DNA of 64,000 nucleotides from Escherichia coli (GTDB lineage Bacteria; Pseudomonadota; Gammaproteobacteria; Enterobacterales; Enterobacteriaceae): NCBI RefSeq assembly GCF_003018255.1, contig NZ_CP027440.1; one strand, 5' to 3'. Shown piece by piece: positions 54,208 to 64,000 of this stretch (position 1 is its first letter; each line of letters starts with the position of its first letter). The notes under the pieces were generated by a model. It saw only the letters and a program-made list of their open reading frames with translations, ran no database searches and was not told where the DNA came from. The position numbers and the translations under genes were made by a program.

Positions 54208-57074
54208 TCATCCACTTTACTTTAAATGGCACGCCCCAGGAGCTAACCGTTAATCCTGGTGAAAACGTGCAAAAGCTGTTGTTTAACATGGGAATGCACT
54301 CTGTACGCAACAGCGATGATGGCTTTGGGTTTGCCGGTTCTGACGCAATTATCTTTAACGGTAATATCGTTAACGCGTCCTTGCTTATCGCCGCACAGTT
54401 AGAGAAGGCAGATATTCGTACCGCAGAATCTCTGGGCAAATGGAATGAGTTAAGTCTGGTTCAACAGGCCATGGTTGATGTTGGCGTGGTGCAGTCTGGT
54501 TATAACGATCCAGCTGCGGCTCTGATTATCACCGATCTTCTCGATCGCATCGACGCACCTACCCGCGAAGAGATCGACGACGCGCTCTCAGGTCTGTTTA
54601 GCCGCGATGCTGGCTGGCAGCAATACTATCAGGTCATTGAACTGGCGGTTGCACGTAAAAATAATCCGCAGGCCACCATTGATATCGCTCCGACTTTCCG
54701 TGACGACCTTGAAGTCATTGGCAAGCATTATCCTAAAACTGATGCCGCGAAAATGGTGCAGGCGAAACCCTGCTATGTTGAAGATCGCGTAACGGCTGAC
54801 GCCTGCGTCATTAAAATGTTACGTAGCCCACACGCTCACGCACTGATTACTCATCTGGATGTCAGCAAAGCTGAAGCCTTACCGGGCGTCGTTCACGTTA
54901 TTACTCACCTGAATTGCCCGGATATTTACTATACCCCGGGTGGTCAGAGCGCACCGGAACCGTCACCGCTTGACCGCCGAATGTTCGGCAAGAAAATGCG
55001 TCACGTCGGCGATCGCGTTGCTGCGGTCGTCGCTGAAAGTGAAGACATTGCGCTCGAAGCACTGAAGCTCATCGACGTTGAATATGAAGTGCTTAAGCCG
55101 GTAATGTCGATTGACGAGGCAATGGCGGAAGATGCGCCTGTCGTGCACGATGAACCGGTGGTGTATGTTGCTGGTGCACCAGATACTCTGGAGGAAGATA
55201 ACTGTCATGCAGCCCAGCGCGGCGAGCATATGATCATCAACTTCCCGATCGGTTCTCGCCCACGCAAAAATATCGCTGCCAGTATTCATGGTCATATTGG
55301 TGATATGGACAAAGGCTTTGCCGATGCCGATGTGATCATTGAGCGAACCTATAACTCAACGCAGGCGCAGCAGTGCCCGACTGAAACACATATCTGCTTT
55401 ACCCGTATGGACGGCGATCGTCTGGTGATCCACGCCTCCACCCAGGTACCATGGCACTTACGCCGCCAGGTCGCGCGCCTCGTGGGCATGAAACAACATA
55501 AAGTTCATGTCATTAAAGAACGTGTAGGCGGCGGTTTTGGCTCTAAACAGGACATCCTGCTGGAAGAAGTGTGCGCCTGGGCAACTTGCGTGACCGGGCG
55601 TCCGGTACTTTTCCGCTACACCCGTGAAGAAGAGTTTATTGCTAACACCTCTCGTCACGTAGCGAAAGTCACCGTCAAACTGGGCGCGAAAAAAGATGGT
55701 CGCCTGACGGCAGTGAAGATGGATTTCCGCGCCAACACTGGTCCTTACGGTAACCACTCACTCACCGTACCGTGTAACGGACCGGCGCTGTCGCTGCCGT
55801 TATATCCATGCGATAACGTCGATTTCCAGGTCACCACCTACTACAGCAACATTTGCCCAAATGGTGCTTATCAGGGTTATGGCGCACCGAAAGGTAACTT
55901 CGCTATCACCATGGCGTTAGCGGAACTGGCGGAACAATTGCAGATCGACCAACTGGAAATTATTGAACGTAATCGTGTACACGAAGGGCAGGAGTTGAAA
56001 ATTCTCGGTGCGATTGGTGAAGGTAAAGCGCCGACATCCGTTCCTTCCGCCGCCAGCTGCGCACTGGAAGAGATCCTGCGTCAGGGTCGCGAGATGATCC
56101 AATGGTCTTCACCAAAACCGCAAAATGGTGACTGGCACATCGGTCGCGGCGTCGCCATTATCATGCAGAAATCAGGGATCCCAGATATCGATCAGGCTAA
56201 CTGCATGATCAAACTGGAATCAGACGGTACCTTTATCGTTCATTCTGGCGGTGCGGATATTGGTACTGGTTTGGATACTGTGGTGACGAAACTGGCAGCA
56301 GAAGTGCTGCACTGCCCCCCGCAGGACGTGCATGTTATCTCCGGTGATACCGATCATGCGTTGTTTGATAAAGGCGCATATGCCTCGTCCGGTACTTGCT
56401 TCTCGGGTAACGCTGCGCGTTTGGCAGCGGAAAATCTGCGGGAGAAAATCCTGTTCCACGGCGCGCAAATGTTGGGTGAGCCAGTGGCAGATGTTCAACT
56501 AGCAACGCCGGGCGTCGTTCGCGGCAAGAAAGGCGAAGTTAGTTTCGGAGAGATAGCCCATAAAGGCGAAACCGGCACCGGCTTTGGTTCACTGGTGGGA
56601 ACTGGCAGTTATATCACGCCTGATTTCGCCTTCCCGTATGGCGCAAACTTCGCTGAAGTTGCCGTCAACACGCGTACGGGTGAAATCCGCCTGGATAAAT
56701 TCTACGCCTTGCTGGACTGCGGTACACCGGTCAATCCAGAGTTAGCGCTGGGACAAATCTACGGTGCCACCCTGCGTGCTATCGGCCACAGTATGAGCGA
56801 AGAGATCATTTATGACGCCGAAGGTCACCCGTTAACGCGTGATTTACGCAGTTACGGCGCACCGAAAATTGGTGACATTCCGCGTGATTTCCGCGCTGTG
56901 CTGGTGCCGAGCGACGATAAAGTCGGCCCATTCGGGGCGAAATCGATCTCGGAAATCGGTGTAAATGGCGCCGCTCCGGCGATTGCTACCGCAATTCACG
57001 ATGCCTGCGGCATCTGGTTACGCGAATGGCATTTCACACCGGAGAAAATACTCACCGCGCTGGAAAAAATATAA
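54204..57074 (+). CDS. xdhD: Molybdopterin-binding hydroxylase with N-terminal degenerate Fe-S-like domain
   Basis: 956 aa; C-terminal aldehyde-oxidase/XDH Mo-binding domains; N-terminal ~160 aa aligns to XdhC but lacks its cysteines. Confidence 0.9.
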   Translation: MIIHFTLNGTPQELTVNPGENVQKLLFNMGMHSVRNSDDGFGFAGSDAIIFNGNIVNASLLIAAQLEKADIRTAESLGKWNELSLVQQAMVDVGVVQSGYNDPAAALIITDLLDRIDAPTREEIDDALSGLFSRDAGWQQYYQVIELAVARKNNPQATIDIAPTFRDDLEVIGKHYPKTDAAKMVQAKPCYVEDRVTADACVIKMLRSPHAHALITHLDVSKAEALPGVVHVITHLNCPDIYYTPGGQSAPEPSPLDRRMFGKKMRHVGDRVAAVVAESEDIALEALKLIDVEYEVLKPVMSIDEAMAEDAPVVHDEPVVYVAGAPDTLEEDNCHAAQRGEHMIINFPIGSRPRKNIAASIHGHIGDMDKGFADADVIIERTYNSTQAQQCPTETHICFTRMDGDRLVIHASTQVPWHLRRQVARLVGMKQHKVHVIKERVGGGFGSKQDILLEEVCAWATCVTGRPVLFRYTREEEFIANTSRHVAKVTVKLGAKKDGRLTAVKMDFRANTGPYGNHSLTVPCNGPALSLPLYPCDNVDFQVTTYYSNICPNGAYQGYGAPKGNFAITMALAELAEQLQIDQLEIIERNRVHEGQELKILGAIGEGKAPTSVPSAASCALEEILRQGREMIQWSSPKPQNGDWHIGRGVAIIMQKSGIPDIDQANCMIKLESDGTFIVHSGGADIGTGLDTVVTKLAAEVLHCPPQDVHVISGDTDHALFDKGAYASSGTCFSGNAARLAAENLREKILFHGAQMLGEPVADVQLATPGVVRGKKGEVSFGEIAHKGETGTGFGSLVGTGSYITPDFAFPYGANFAEVAVNTRTGEIRLDKFYALLDCGTPVNPELALGQIYGATLRAIGHSMSEEIIYDAEGHPLTRDLRSYGAPKIGDIPRDFRAVLVPSDDKVGPFGAKSISEIGVNGAAPAIATAIHDACGIWLREWHFTPEKILTALEKI

Positions 57075-57083
57075 GTAATAAAT

Positions 57084-57112
57084 GGCCGCTTCGGCGGCCT
57101 GTTTCTCTGTTT
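57084..57112 (+). terminator. Rho-independent terminator after xdhD
   Basis: Hairpin GGCCGC-ttcg-GCGGCC followed by TGTTTCTCTGTTT. Confidence 0.75.
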
Positions 57113-57238
57113 GAACGATGACTAAATAGTGACTGCGAAAATGAGATAAGCCGTTCTCAAGGCGTCCTGCGCCCCAAATTCGTGGGAATTTATTTTACTA
57201 ATTCAGATGATCAAATTTACTTTAAAAGGAGTGAAGGG

Positions 57239-58639
57239 ATGTCTGATATAAACCATGCAGGTTCTGACCTTATATTTGAACTGGAGGATCGCCCTCCCTT
57301 TCATCAGGCTCTCGTAGGTGCCATTACCCATCTGTTGGCAATTTTCGTTCCGATGGTAACCCCCGCGTTAATCGTGGGTGCGACCTTACAGCTTTCCGCT
57401 GAAACAACTGCCTATCTTGTTTCTATGGCGATGATCGCCTCTGGTATTGGTACCTGGTTACAAGTAAACCGCTACGGCATCGTCGGTTCTGGTCTTCTCT
57501 CAATTCAGTCAGTCAATTTTTCATTTGTTACGGTCATGATTGCGCTGGGCAGCAGCATGAAAAGCGACGGTTTTCACGAAGAGTTAATCATGTCGTCGCT
57601 CCTCGGCGTCTCCTTCGTTGGCGCATTTCTGGTTGTCGGCTCTTCTTTTATCCTGCCCTATTTACGTCGGGTTATTACGCCTACCGTCAGCGGTATTGTG
57701 GTACTGATGATCGGCTTAAGCCTGATTAAAGTCGGCATTATCGATTTTGGTGGAGGATTTGCAGCCAAAAGCAGCGGTACGTTCGGCAATTACGAACATC
57801 TCGGCGTTGGTTTATTGGTTTTAATTGTGGTGATCGGCTTTAACTGCTGTCGCAGTCCGTTGCTACGCATGGGAGGGATCGCCATTGGGCTATGTGTCGG
57901 CTATATCGCATCGTTATGCCTGGGCATGGTGGATTTCAGCAGTATGCGCAATTTGCCGTTAATCACCATCCCGCATCCGTTCAAATACGGCTTTAGTTTT
58001 AGCTTCCATCAGTTCCTGGTGGTTGGCACGATTTATCTGCTTAGCGTGCTGGAAGCAGTCGGCGATATCACCGCCACGGCAATGGTTTCCCGCCGCCCCA
58101 TTCAGGGGGAAGAGTATCAGTCCCGACTGAAAGGCGGCGTGCTGGCAGATGGTCTGGTTTCTGTTATCGCCTCCGCTGTCGGTTCATTACCATTAACCAC
58201 GTTTGCGCAAAATAATGGGGTTATTCAGATGACTGGCGTCGCTTCACGTTATGTCGGGCGAACCATCGCGGTAATGCTGGTTATCCTCGGCTTATTTCCG
58301 ATGATTGGCGGCTTCTTCACGACCATTCCCTCGGCAGTTCTGGGAGGCGCAATGACGTTGATGTTTTCCATGATTGCCATCGCTGGGATTCGCATCATCA
58401 TCACCAACGGATTAAAGCGCCGAGAAACACTTATTGTCGCCACGTCTTTAGGTTTAGGGCTTGGCGTCTCCTACGATCCCGAAATTTTTAAAATATTGCC
58501 AGCCTCTATTTATGTATTAGTTGAAAACCCTATTTGTGCTGGCGGGTTAACTGCGATTTTATTAAATATTATCCTCCCTGGTGGCTACCGACAGGAAAAC
58601 GTTCTGCCTGGTATTACCTCAGCGGAAGAGATGGATTAA
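57239..58639 (+). CDS. xanQ: Xanthine permease (NCS2 family)
   Basis: Start MSDINHAGSD gives 466 aa; polytopic NCS2 permease. Confidence 0.9.
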   Translation: MSDINHAGSDLIFELEDRPPFHQALVGAITHLLAIFVPMVTPALIVGATLQLSAETTAYLVSMAMIASGIGTWLQVNRYGIVGSGLLSIQSVNFSFVTVMIALGSSMKSDGFHEELIMSSLLGVSFVGAFLVVGSSFILPYLRRVITPTVSGIVVLMIGLSLIKVGIIDFGGGFAAKSSGTFGNYEHLGVGLLVLIVVIGFNCCRSPLLRMGGIAIGLCVGYIASLCLGMVDFSSMRNLPLITIPHPFKYGFSFSFHQFLVVGTIYLLSVLEAVGDITATAMVSRRPIQGEEYQSRLKGGVLADGLVSVIASAVGSLPLTTFAQNNGVIQMTGVASRYVGRTIAVMLVILGLFPMIGGFFTTIPSAVLGGAMTLMFSMIAIAGIRIIITNGLKRRETLIVATSLGLGLGVSYDPEIFKILPASIYVLVENPICAGGLTAILLNIILPGGYRQENVLPGITSAEEMD

Positions 58640-58653
58640 CAGTAAAGGAGTCA

Positions 58654-59973
58654 ATGATGTCAGGAGAACACACGTTAAAAGCGGTACGAGGCAGTTTTAT
58701 TGATGTCACCCGTACGGTCGATAACCCGGAAGAAATTGCCTCTGCGCTGCGGTTTATTGAGGATGGTTTATTACTCATTAAACAGGGAAAAGTGGAATGG
58801 TTTGGCGAATGGGAAGACGGAAAGCATCAAATTCCTGACACCATTCGCGTGCGCGACTATCGCGGCAAACTGATAGTACCGGGCTTTGTCGATACACATA
58901 TCCATTATCCGCAAAGTGAAATGGTGGGGGCCTATGGTGAACAATTGCTGGAGTGGTTGAATAAACACACCTTCCCTACTGAACGTCGTTATGAGGATTT
59001 AGAGTACGCCCGCGAGATGTCAGCGTTCTTCATCAAGCAGCTTTTACGTAACGGAACCACCACGGCGCTGGTGTTTGGCACTGTTCATCCACAATCCGTT
59101 GATGCGCTGTTTGAAGCCGCCAGTCATATCAATATGCGTATGATTGCCGGTAAGGTGATGATGGACCGAAACGCACCGGATTATCTGCTCGACACTGCCG
59201 AAAGCAGCTATCACCAAAGCAAAGAACTGATTGAACGCTGGCACAAAAATGGTCGTCTGTTGTATGCGATTACGCCACGCTTCGCCCCTACCTCATCTCC
59301 TGAACAGATGGCGATGGCGCAACGCCTGAAAGAAGAATATCCGGATACGTGGGTACATACCCATCTCTGTGAAAACAAAGATGAAATTGCCTGGGTCAAA
59401 TCGCTTTATCCTGACCATGATGGTTATCTGGATGTTTACCATCAGTACGGTCTGACCGGTAAAAACTGTGTCTTTGCTCACTGCGTCCATCTCGAAGAAA
59501 AAGAGTGGGATCGTCTCAGCGAAACCAAATCCAGCATTGCTTTCTGTCCGACCTCCAACCTTTACCTCGGCAGCGGCTTATTCAACTTGAAAAAAGCATG
59601 GCAGAAGAAAGTCAAAGTGGGCATGGGAACGGATATCGGTGCCGGAACAACTTTTAACATGCTGCAAACGCTGAACGAAGCCTACAAGGTATTGCAATTA
59701 CAAGGCTATCGCCTCTCGGCATATGAAGCGTTTTACCTAGCCACGCTCGGCGGAGCGAAATCTCTGGGCCTTGACGATTTGATTGGCAACTTTTTACCTG
59801 GCAAAGAGGCTGATTTCGTGGTGATGGAACCCACTGCCACTCCGCTACAGCAGCTGCGCTATGACAACTCTGTTTCTTTAGTCGACAAATTGTTCGTGAT
59901 GATGACGTTGGGCGATGACCGTTCGATCTACCGCACCTACGTTGATGGTCGTCTGGTGTACGAACGCAACTAA
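58654..59973 (+). CDS. guaD: Guanine deaminase
   Basis: Start MMSGEHTLKA gives 439 aa; amidohydrolase motif PGFVDTHIHYPQSE. Confidence 0.92.
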   Translation: MMSGEHTLKAVRGSFIDVTRTVDNPEEIASALRFIEDGLLLIKQGKVEWFGEWEDGKHQIPDTIRVRDYRGKLIVPGFVDTHIHYPQSEMVGAYGEQLLEWLNKHTFPTERRYEDLEYAREMSAFFIKQLLRNGTTTALVFGTVHPQSVDALFEAASHINMRMIAGKVMMDRNAPDYLLDTAESSYHQSKELIERWHKNGRLLYAITPRFAPTSSPEQMAMAQRLKEEYPDTWVHTHLCENKDEIAWVKSLYPDHDGYLDVYHQYGLTGKNCVFAHCVHLEEKEWDRLSETKSSIAFCPTSNLYLGSGLFNLKKAWQKKVKVGMGTDIGAGTTFNMLQTLNEAYKVLQLQGYRLSAYEAFYLATLGGAKSLGLDDLIGNFLPGKEADFVVMEPTATPLQQLRYDNSVSLVDKLFVMMTLGDDRSIYRTYVDGRLVYERN

Positions 59974-60008
59974 TAATAAAACTTTAACATCCTCGTGAGG
60001 ACATCATT

Positions 60009-61376
60009 ATGTCTGGAGACATCCTACAAACACCGGACGCACCAAAGCCACAGGGCGCGCTGGATAATTATTTTAAAATTACCGCTCGTGGCAGTACCAT
60101 TCGTCAGGAAGTACTGGCTGGCTTAACGACCTTTCTGGCCATGGTTTATTCCGTTATCGTCGTTCCGGGAATGCTGGGCAAAGCAGGTTTTCCTCCCGCA
60201 GCTGTGTTTGTTGCCACCTGTCTGGTCGCGGGCTTCGGCTCGTTGCTGATGGGGTTATGGGCCAATTTGCCAATGGCGATTGGTTGCGCTATTTCCTTGA
60301 CGGCGTTTACCGCATTCAGTCTGGTACTCGGGCAACAAATTAGCGTTCCTGTCGCACTGGGCGCAGTCTTTCTGATGGGCGTCATCTTCACCGCTATTTC
60401 CGTAACCGGTGTGCGTACCTGGATCTTACGTAATTTGCCGATGGGGATCGCTCACGGTACAGGTATCGGTATCGGCCTGTTTCTGCTGCTGATTGCTGCT
60501 AACGGTGTGGGAATGGTTATCAAAAACCCGATTGAAGGCTTGCCAGTGGCGCTCGGTGCGTTTACCTCCTTCCCGGTGATGATGAGCTTACTGGGGCTGG
60601 CGGTCATCTTCGGTCTGGAGAAGTGTCGCGTACCCGGCGGGATCTTGTTGGTGATTATTGCAATTTCGATCATCGGCTTAATCTTTGACCCAGCGGTGAA
60701 GTACCACGGTCTGGTGGCGATGCCAAGCCTGACTGGCGAAGATGGTAAGTCTCTGATTTTCAGCCTCGATATTATGGGCGCACTCCAGCCAACTGTACTT
60801 CCGAGTGTACTGGCATTGGTGATGACCGCAGTGTTCGACGCCACTGGCACCATCCGTGCCGTCGCCGGTCAGGCGAATTTGTTGGATAAAGACAACCAGA
60901 TCATCAACGGCGGCAAAGCCCTGACCAGTGACTCAGTAAGTTCAATATTCTCCGGCCTGGTGGGCGCAGCGCCCGCGGCGGTTTATATCGAATCAGCGGC
61001 AGGAACCGCCGCCGGGGGGAAAACCGGTTTAACCGCAGCCGTTGTTGGTGCGTTGTTCCTGATGATTCTGTTTTTATCACCGTTGTCGTTTCTGATCCCC
61101 GGTTATGCTACTGCCCCCGCTCTGATGTACGTGGGTTTGCTGATGTTAAGCAACGTCTCGAAGCTGGATTTCAACGATTTTATTGACGCAATGGCTGGCC
61201 TGGTGTGTGCCGTGTTCATCGTTCTGACTTGTAATATCGTTACCGGTATTATGCTGGGCTTTGTAACATTGGTGGTGGGTCGCGTCTTTGCGCGCGAATG
61301 GCAAAAGCTGAATATTGGTACGGTGATCATTACTGCCGCACTGGTCGCGTTTTACGCGGGTGGTTGGGCAATCTAA
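60009..61376 (+). CDS. ghxQ: Guanine/hypoxanthine permease (NCS2/AzgA-like)
   Basis: 455-aa polytopic membrane protein. Confidence 0.9.
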   Translation: MSGDILQTPDAPKPQGALDNYFKITARGSTIRQEVLAGLTTFLAMVYSVIVVPGMLGKAGFPPAAVFVATCLVAGFGSLLMGLWANLPMAIGCAISLTAFTAFSLVLGQQISVPVALGAVFLMGVIFTAISVTGVRTWILRNLPMGIAHGTGIGIGLFLLLIAANGVGMVIKNPIEGLPVALGAFTSFPVMMSLLGLAVIFGLEKCRVPGGILLVIIAISIIGLIFDPAVKYHGLVAMPSLTGEDGKSLIFSLDIMGALQPTVLPSVLALVMTAVFDATGTIRAVAGQANLLDKDNQIINGGKALTSDSVSSIFSGLVGAAPAAVYIESAAGTAAGGKTGLTAAVVGALFLMILFLSPLSFLIPGYATAPALMYVGLLMLSNVSKLDFNDFIDAMAGLVCAVFIVLTCNIVTGIMLGFVTLVVGRVFAREWQKLNIGTVIITAALVAFYAGGWAI

Positions 61377-61382
61377 TAGATC

Positions 61383-61413
61383 CTCCGCGCCTTTCAGCGC
61401 GGAGATTTCTTTC
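61383..61413 (+). terminator. Rho-independent terminator after ghxQ
   Basis: Hairpin CTCCGCGC-ctttca-GCGCGGAG followed by ATTTCTTTC. Confidence 0.6.
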
Positions 61414-61903
61414 ACAGAGGATTCTCACCGCTGGCAACAATACGCTGCTGGCGGACTCGCCTGAGTTCTCTTTCAGTAAGCAACTGCAGCGCCTGTGTTG
61501 GGCAAGATTCAACGCAGGCTGGCCCCTCTTCCCGCTGTTCACAGAGATCGCATTTCACGATTTGTTGCCGGGTATCCCCCGGCAACGACTGAATGGTGAT
61601 CATTCCAAACGGGCACGCACTGACGCAACTCTGACAGCCAATACAACGGGCAGAATTGGTCTGCACCACCTGCTCGCCCATCGTCAGCGCCCCCACGGGG
61701 CAAGCGCTAACACAAGGGGCGTTTTCACACTGATGGCACATCACCGGCGCACTGATGCTGTCCAGTCGCTGTACCTTCAGCCGGGGTAAAAAGACATCGG
61801 CATTCAACTCCTGTTCTGAAGGGTGAGCGACCACACAGGCTACTTCACAAGTACGGCAGCCAATACAGTCAGCCGGATTAACGATAATTAACGATTTCAT
61901 CAC
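61412..61903 (-). CDS. ygfS: 4Fe-4S ferredoxin-type protein
   Basis: 163 aa with four Cys clusters ([57 protein letters not shown]); overlaps ygfT (ATGA). Confidence 0.9.
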   Translation of the reverse strand: MMKSLIIVNPADCIGCRTCEVACVVAHPSEQELNADVFLPRLKVQRLDSISAPVMCHQCENAPCVSACPVGALTMGEQVVQTNSARCIGCQSCVSACPFGMITIQSLPGDTRQQIVKCDLCEQREEGPACVESCPTQALQLLTERELRRVRQQRIVASGENPL

Positions 61904-63834
61904 GATGCCTTCGTATCAAACAGAGTTAACATATCGCGCGCCGCCTGCCTTCCTGCGGCCATTGCAGTGACAACCAGATCCGCGCCATGAACAGCATCAC
62001 CACCAGCAAAGACTTTTTTCAGATGCGTCTGGGTAGGTAAATACCCGACGTCACCGGTTTGAATCAGGCCCCATTTATCGAGTTTAATTCCGCTGCCCTG
62101 CAACCACGGCATGGCATGCGCCTGGAAACCAAAGGCCATAATGAGAACATCGGCGGGCAATTCAAACTCTGAACCCGCTACCGGACGAGGACGACGGCGA
62201 CCATCCGGCCCCGGCTCACCCATGGCGGTACGAATCAGGCCCACCGCAGTTAAACGCCCATCTTCGTCACAAGCGATATATTGCGGCTGAACATTGAACT
62301 GAAACTTGACACCTTCCTCGCGCGCATTGACCACCTCTTTGCGCGAGCCCGGCATACTGACTTCATCACGACGATACGCGCAGGTCACGCTGGCGGCATT
62401 GAGGCGGATGGAAGTCCGCAAACAATCCATGGTCGTATCGCCACCGCCCAATACCACGACTCGCTTACCTTCCACATCCGTCAGCGGATACTCTTCAGAC
62501 TCCGGCAACCCCATGAGCTGGCGGGTATGGGCAGTCAGGAACGGTAGAGCCTGAATGACACCGGGCGCATCTTCATGCGGCAGATCTGCTCGCATCATCC
62601 CGTAAGTCCCCACGCCGATGAAAACTGCATCATATTCAGAAGTTAAATCGCTAAAGGTAATATCGCGGCCAATTTCACAGTTAAGATGAAAGTCGATTCC
62701 CATTGCGGTGAATATCTCTCGCCGCTGGCTTAATACCGTTTTATCGAGTTTGAAAGGAGGTATGCCAAAAGTCAGCATACCGCCAATTTCTGGATGGCGA
62801 TCAAAGACATCAACCTGAACTCCTGCGCGCGCCAAAATATCAGCACACCCTAACCCTGCAGGCCCTGCGCCAATCACCGCCACTTTTTCGATACGGGGAA
62901 CAACTTTGCTGACATCGGGACGCCAGCCCATCGCCAGCGCGGTATCGGTAATGTAGCGTTCCAGATTCCCGATAGAGACTGCGCCAGAGTGATCTTTCAA
63001 AGTACATGCGCCTTCACAAAGACGGTCCTGTGGACATACCCTGCCGCAGATTTCTGGCAAGGAACTGGTCTGGTGGCAAAGTTCTGCCGCTTCAATAATC
63101 TTTCCTTCCTGCACCAGACGGATGTAATCCGGAATAGCGTTATGCAGCGGGCAATGCCAGTTGCAGTTAGCTTTTTCGGCGCAATAAACACAGCGGTCAC
63201 TCTCATAAGTCGCTTGTTGTGGATCCAGCCCGTAATAGATTTCGCCAAAGTGGGTTTTCCGTTCACTCGCTGAAATTTTATCTGCGCCTTTACGCGAGTT
63301 AACGGGGAGCAACGCTGCACTGCGAGATGGCTGAGCGTCTGATGACGCTTTTCCTGCTGCCGTTTTGCGCTGGCGGGCCACCTTTATCTGCTGCAACCCT
63401 TTATCGTCCATCAGCCGTAACGCCTGTGTTGGGCAGACTTCAATACAGGCTTGCGTGCCGGAACTGCGCTGGTTACAAAGGTCGCATTTCTGCGCAATCG
63501 TATCGACCATCTCAACGACGCCAAAGGGGCAAGCGATTGCGCATCTTTTACAACCAATACATTTTTGCTCGTCCAGTTGTACGCTATCGGGCTGGAAAGT
63601 CAGAGCATTAACCGGACAAGCCGTAACGCAAGGGGCATTGTTGCAGTGATGGCAGGCCACCGGATTCGCAGCCTGGCCTTTCCCTACAACGTGGATACGC
63701 GGTCGAAAGTCACTGTGACTCAGCGGCCAGTTTTCTTGATTATGTGCCATCGCACAGGCAATTTCACAAGCATGACAGCCTATACATTCCGCAGCTTCAG
63801 CAGCGATAAACTTATTCATTTGCATCCCTTTCAT
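61900..63834 (-). CDS. ygfT: Fe-S flavoprotein oxidoreductase (glutamate-synthase-small-subunit-like; AegA paralog)
   Basis: N-terminal 4Fe-4S ferredoxin motifs plus dinucleotide-binding [21 protein letters not shown]; the true start may be a few codons inside the 644-aa frame. Confidence 0.9.
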   Translation of the reverse strand: MKGMQMNKFIAAEAAECIGCHACEIACAMAHNQENWPLSHSDFRPRIHVVGKGQAANPVACHHCNNAPCVTACPVNALTFQPDSVQLDEQKCIGCKRCAIACPFGVVEMVDTIAQKCDLCNQRSSGTQACIEVCPTQALRLMDDKGLQQIKVARQRKTAAGKASSDAQPSRSAALLPVNSRKGADKISASERKTHFGEIYYGLDPQQATYESDRCVYCAEKANCNWHCPLHNAIPDYIRLVQEGKIIEAAELCHQTSSLPEICGRVCPQDRLCEGACTLKDHSGAVSIGNLERYITDTALAMGWRPDVSKVVPRIEKVAVIGAGPAGLGCADILARAGVQVDVFDRHPEIGGMLTFGIPPFKLDKTVLSQRREIFTAMGIDFHLNCEIGRDITFSDLTSEYDAVFIGVGTYGMMRADLPHEDAPGVIQALPFLTAHTRQLMGLPESEEYPLTDVEGKRVVVLGGGDTTMDCLRTSIRLNAASVTCAYRRDEVSMPGSRKEVVNAREEGVKFQFNVQPQYIACDEDGRLTAVGLIRTAMGEPGPDGRRRPRPVAGSEFELPADVLIMAFGFQAHAMPWLQGSGIKLDKWGLIQTGDVGYLPTQTHLKKVFAGGDAVHGADLVVTAMAAGRQAARDMLTLFDTKAS

Positions 63835-64000
63835 TTAATGAGTTATGTCTTCTCAAATTTCGCGATGCAATAAATGGGCATGTATTAGGTAGCATGGCCG
63901 ATTTAATTATAATTTTGCGACTGAGTTCAAATTATTGCCCCTCAATCTATGCAGCTTTCATTATTTCAACATTGCCGATCAAAAGAATGCTATCCAGATA

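Overview
The window reads as a contiguous Escherichia coli-type chromosomal segment, collinear with the K-12 recB-ptrA-recC ... ygfT region, and I did not find a clearly novel system in it. Gene order is recB (N-terminal part), ptrA, recC, ppdC-ygdB-ppdB-ppdA, thyA, lgt, ptsP, rppH, mutH, ygdQ, ygdR, tas, lplT, aas, the sRNAs omrA and omrB, galR, lysA, lysR, ygeA, araE, kduD, kduI, yqeF, yqeG, tRNA-Gly(CCC) glyU, ygeR, xdhABC, ygeV, ygeW-ygeX-ygeY-hyuA-yqeA, yqeB-yqeC, ygfJ, ygfK-ssnA-ygfM-xdhD, xanQ, guaD, ghxQ, ygfS-ygfT. All identifications rest on reading the translated ORFs and RNA sequences from memory of the E. coli genes; no database search was run. Every ORF above about 150 aa is accounted for by a recognisable gene or is antisense to one. 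I saw no transposase, integrase, phage gene or CRISPR array. The one clear structural difference from K-12 is that the ETT2 type III secretion island is absent between yqeG and glyU, leaving an intact empty site. The most biologically interesting part is the sigma-54-associated purine/urate catabolic supercluster from xdhA to ygfT, which is only partly characterised. Within it, XdhD carries an N-terminal domain homologous to the XdhC iron-sulfur subunit but with all cluster cysteines replaced. I also report candidate regulatory sites seen directly in the sequence (sigma-54 -24/-12 elements, a CRP site, an AraC I1-I2 site, KdgR boxes), terminators and Chi sites. The Chi search was by eye and is not exhaustive.
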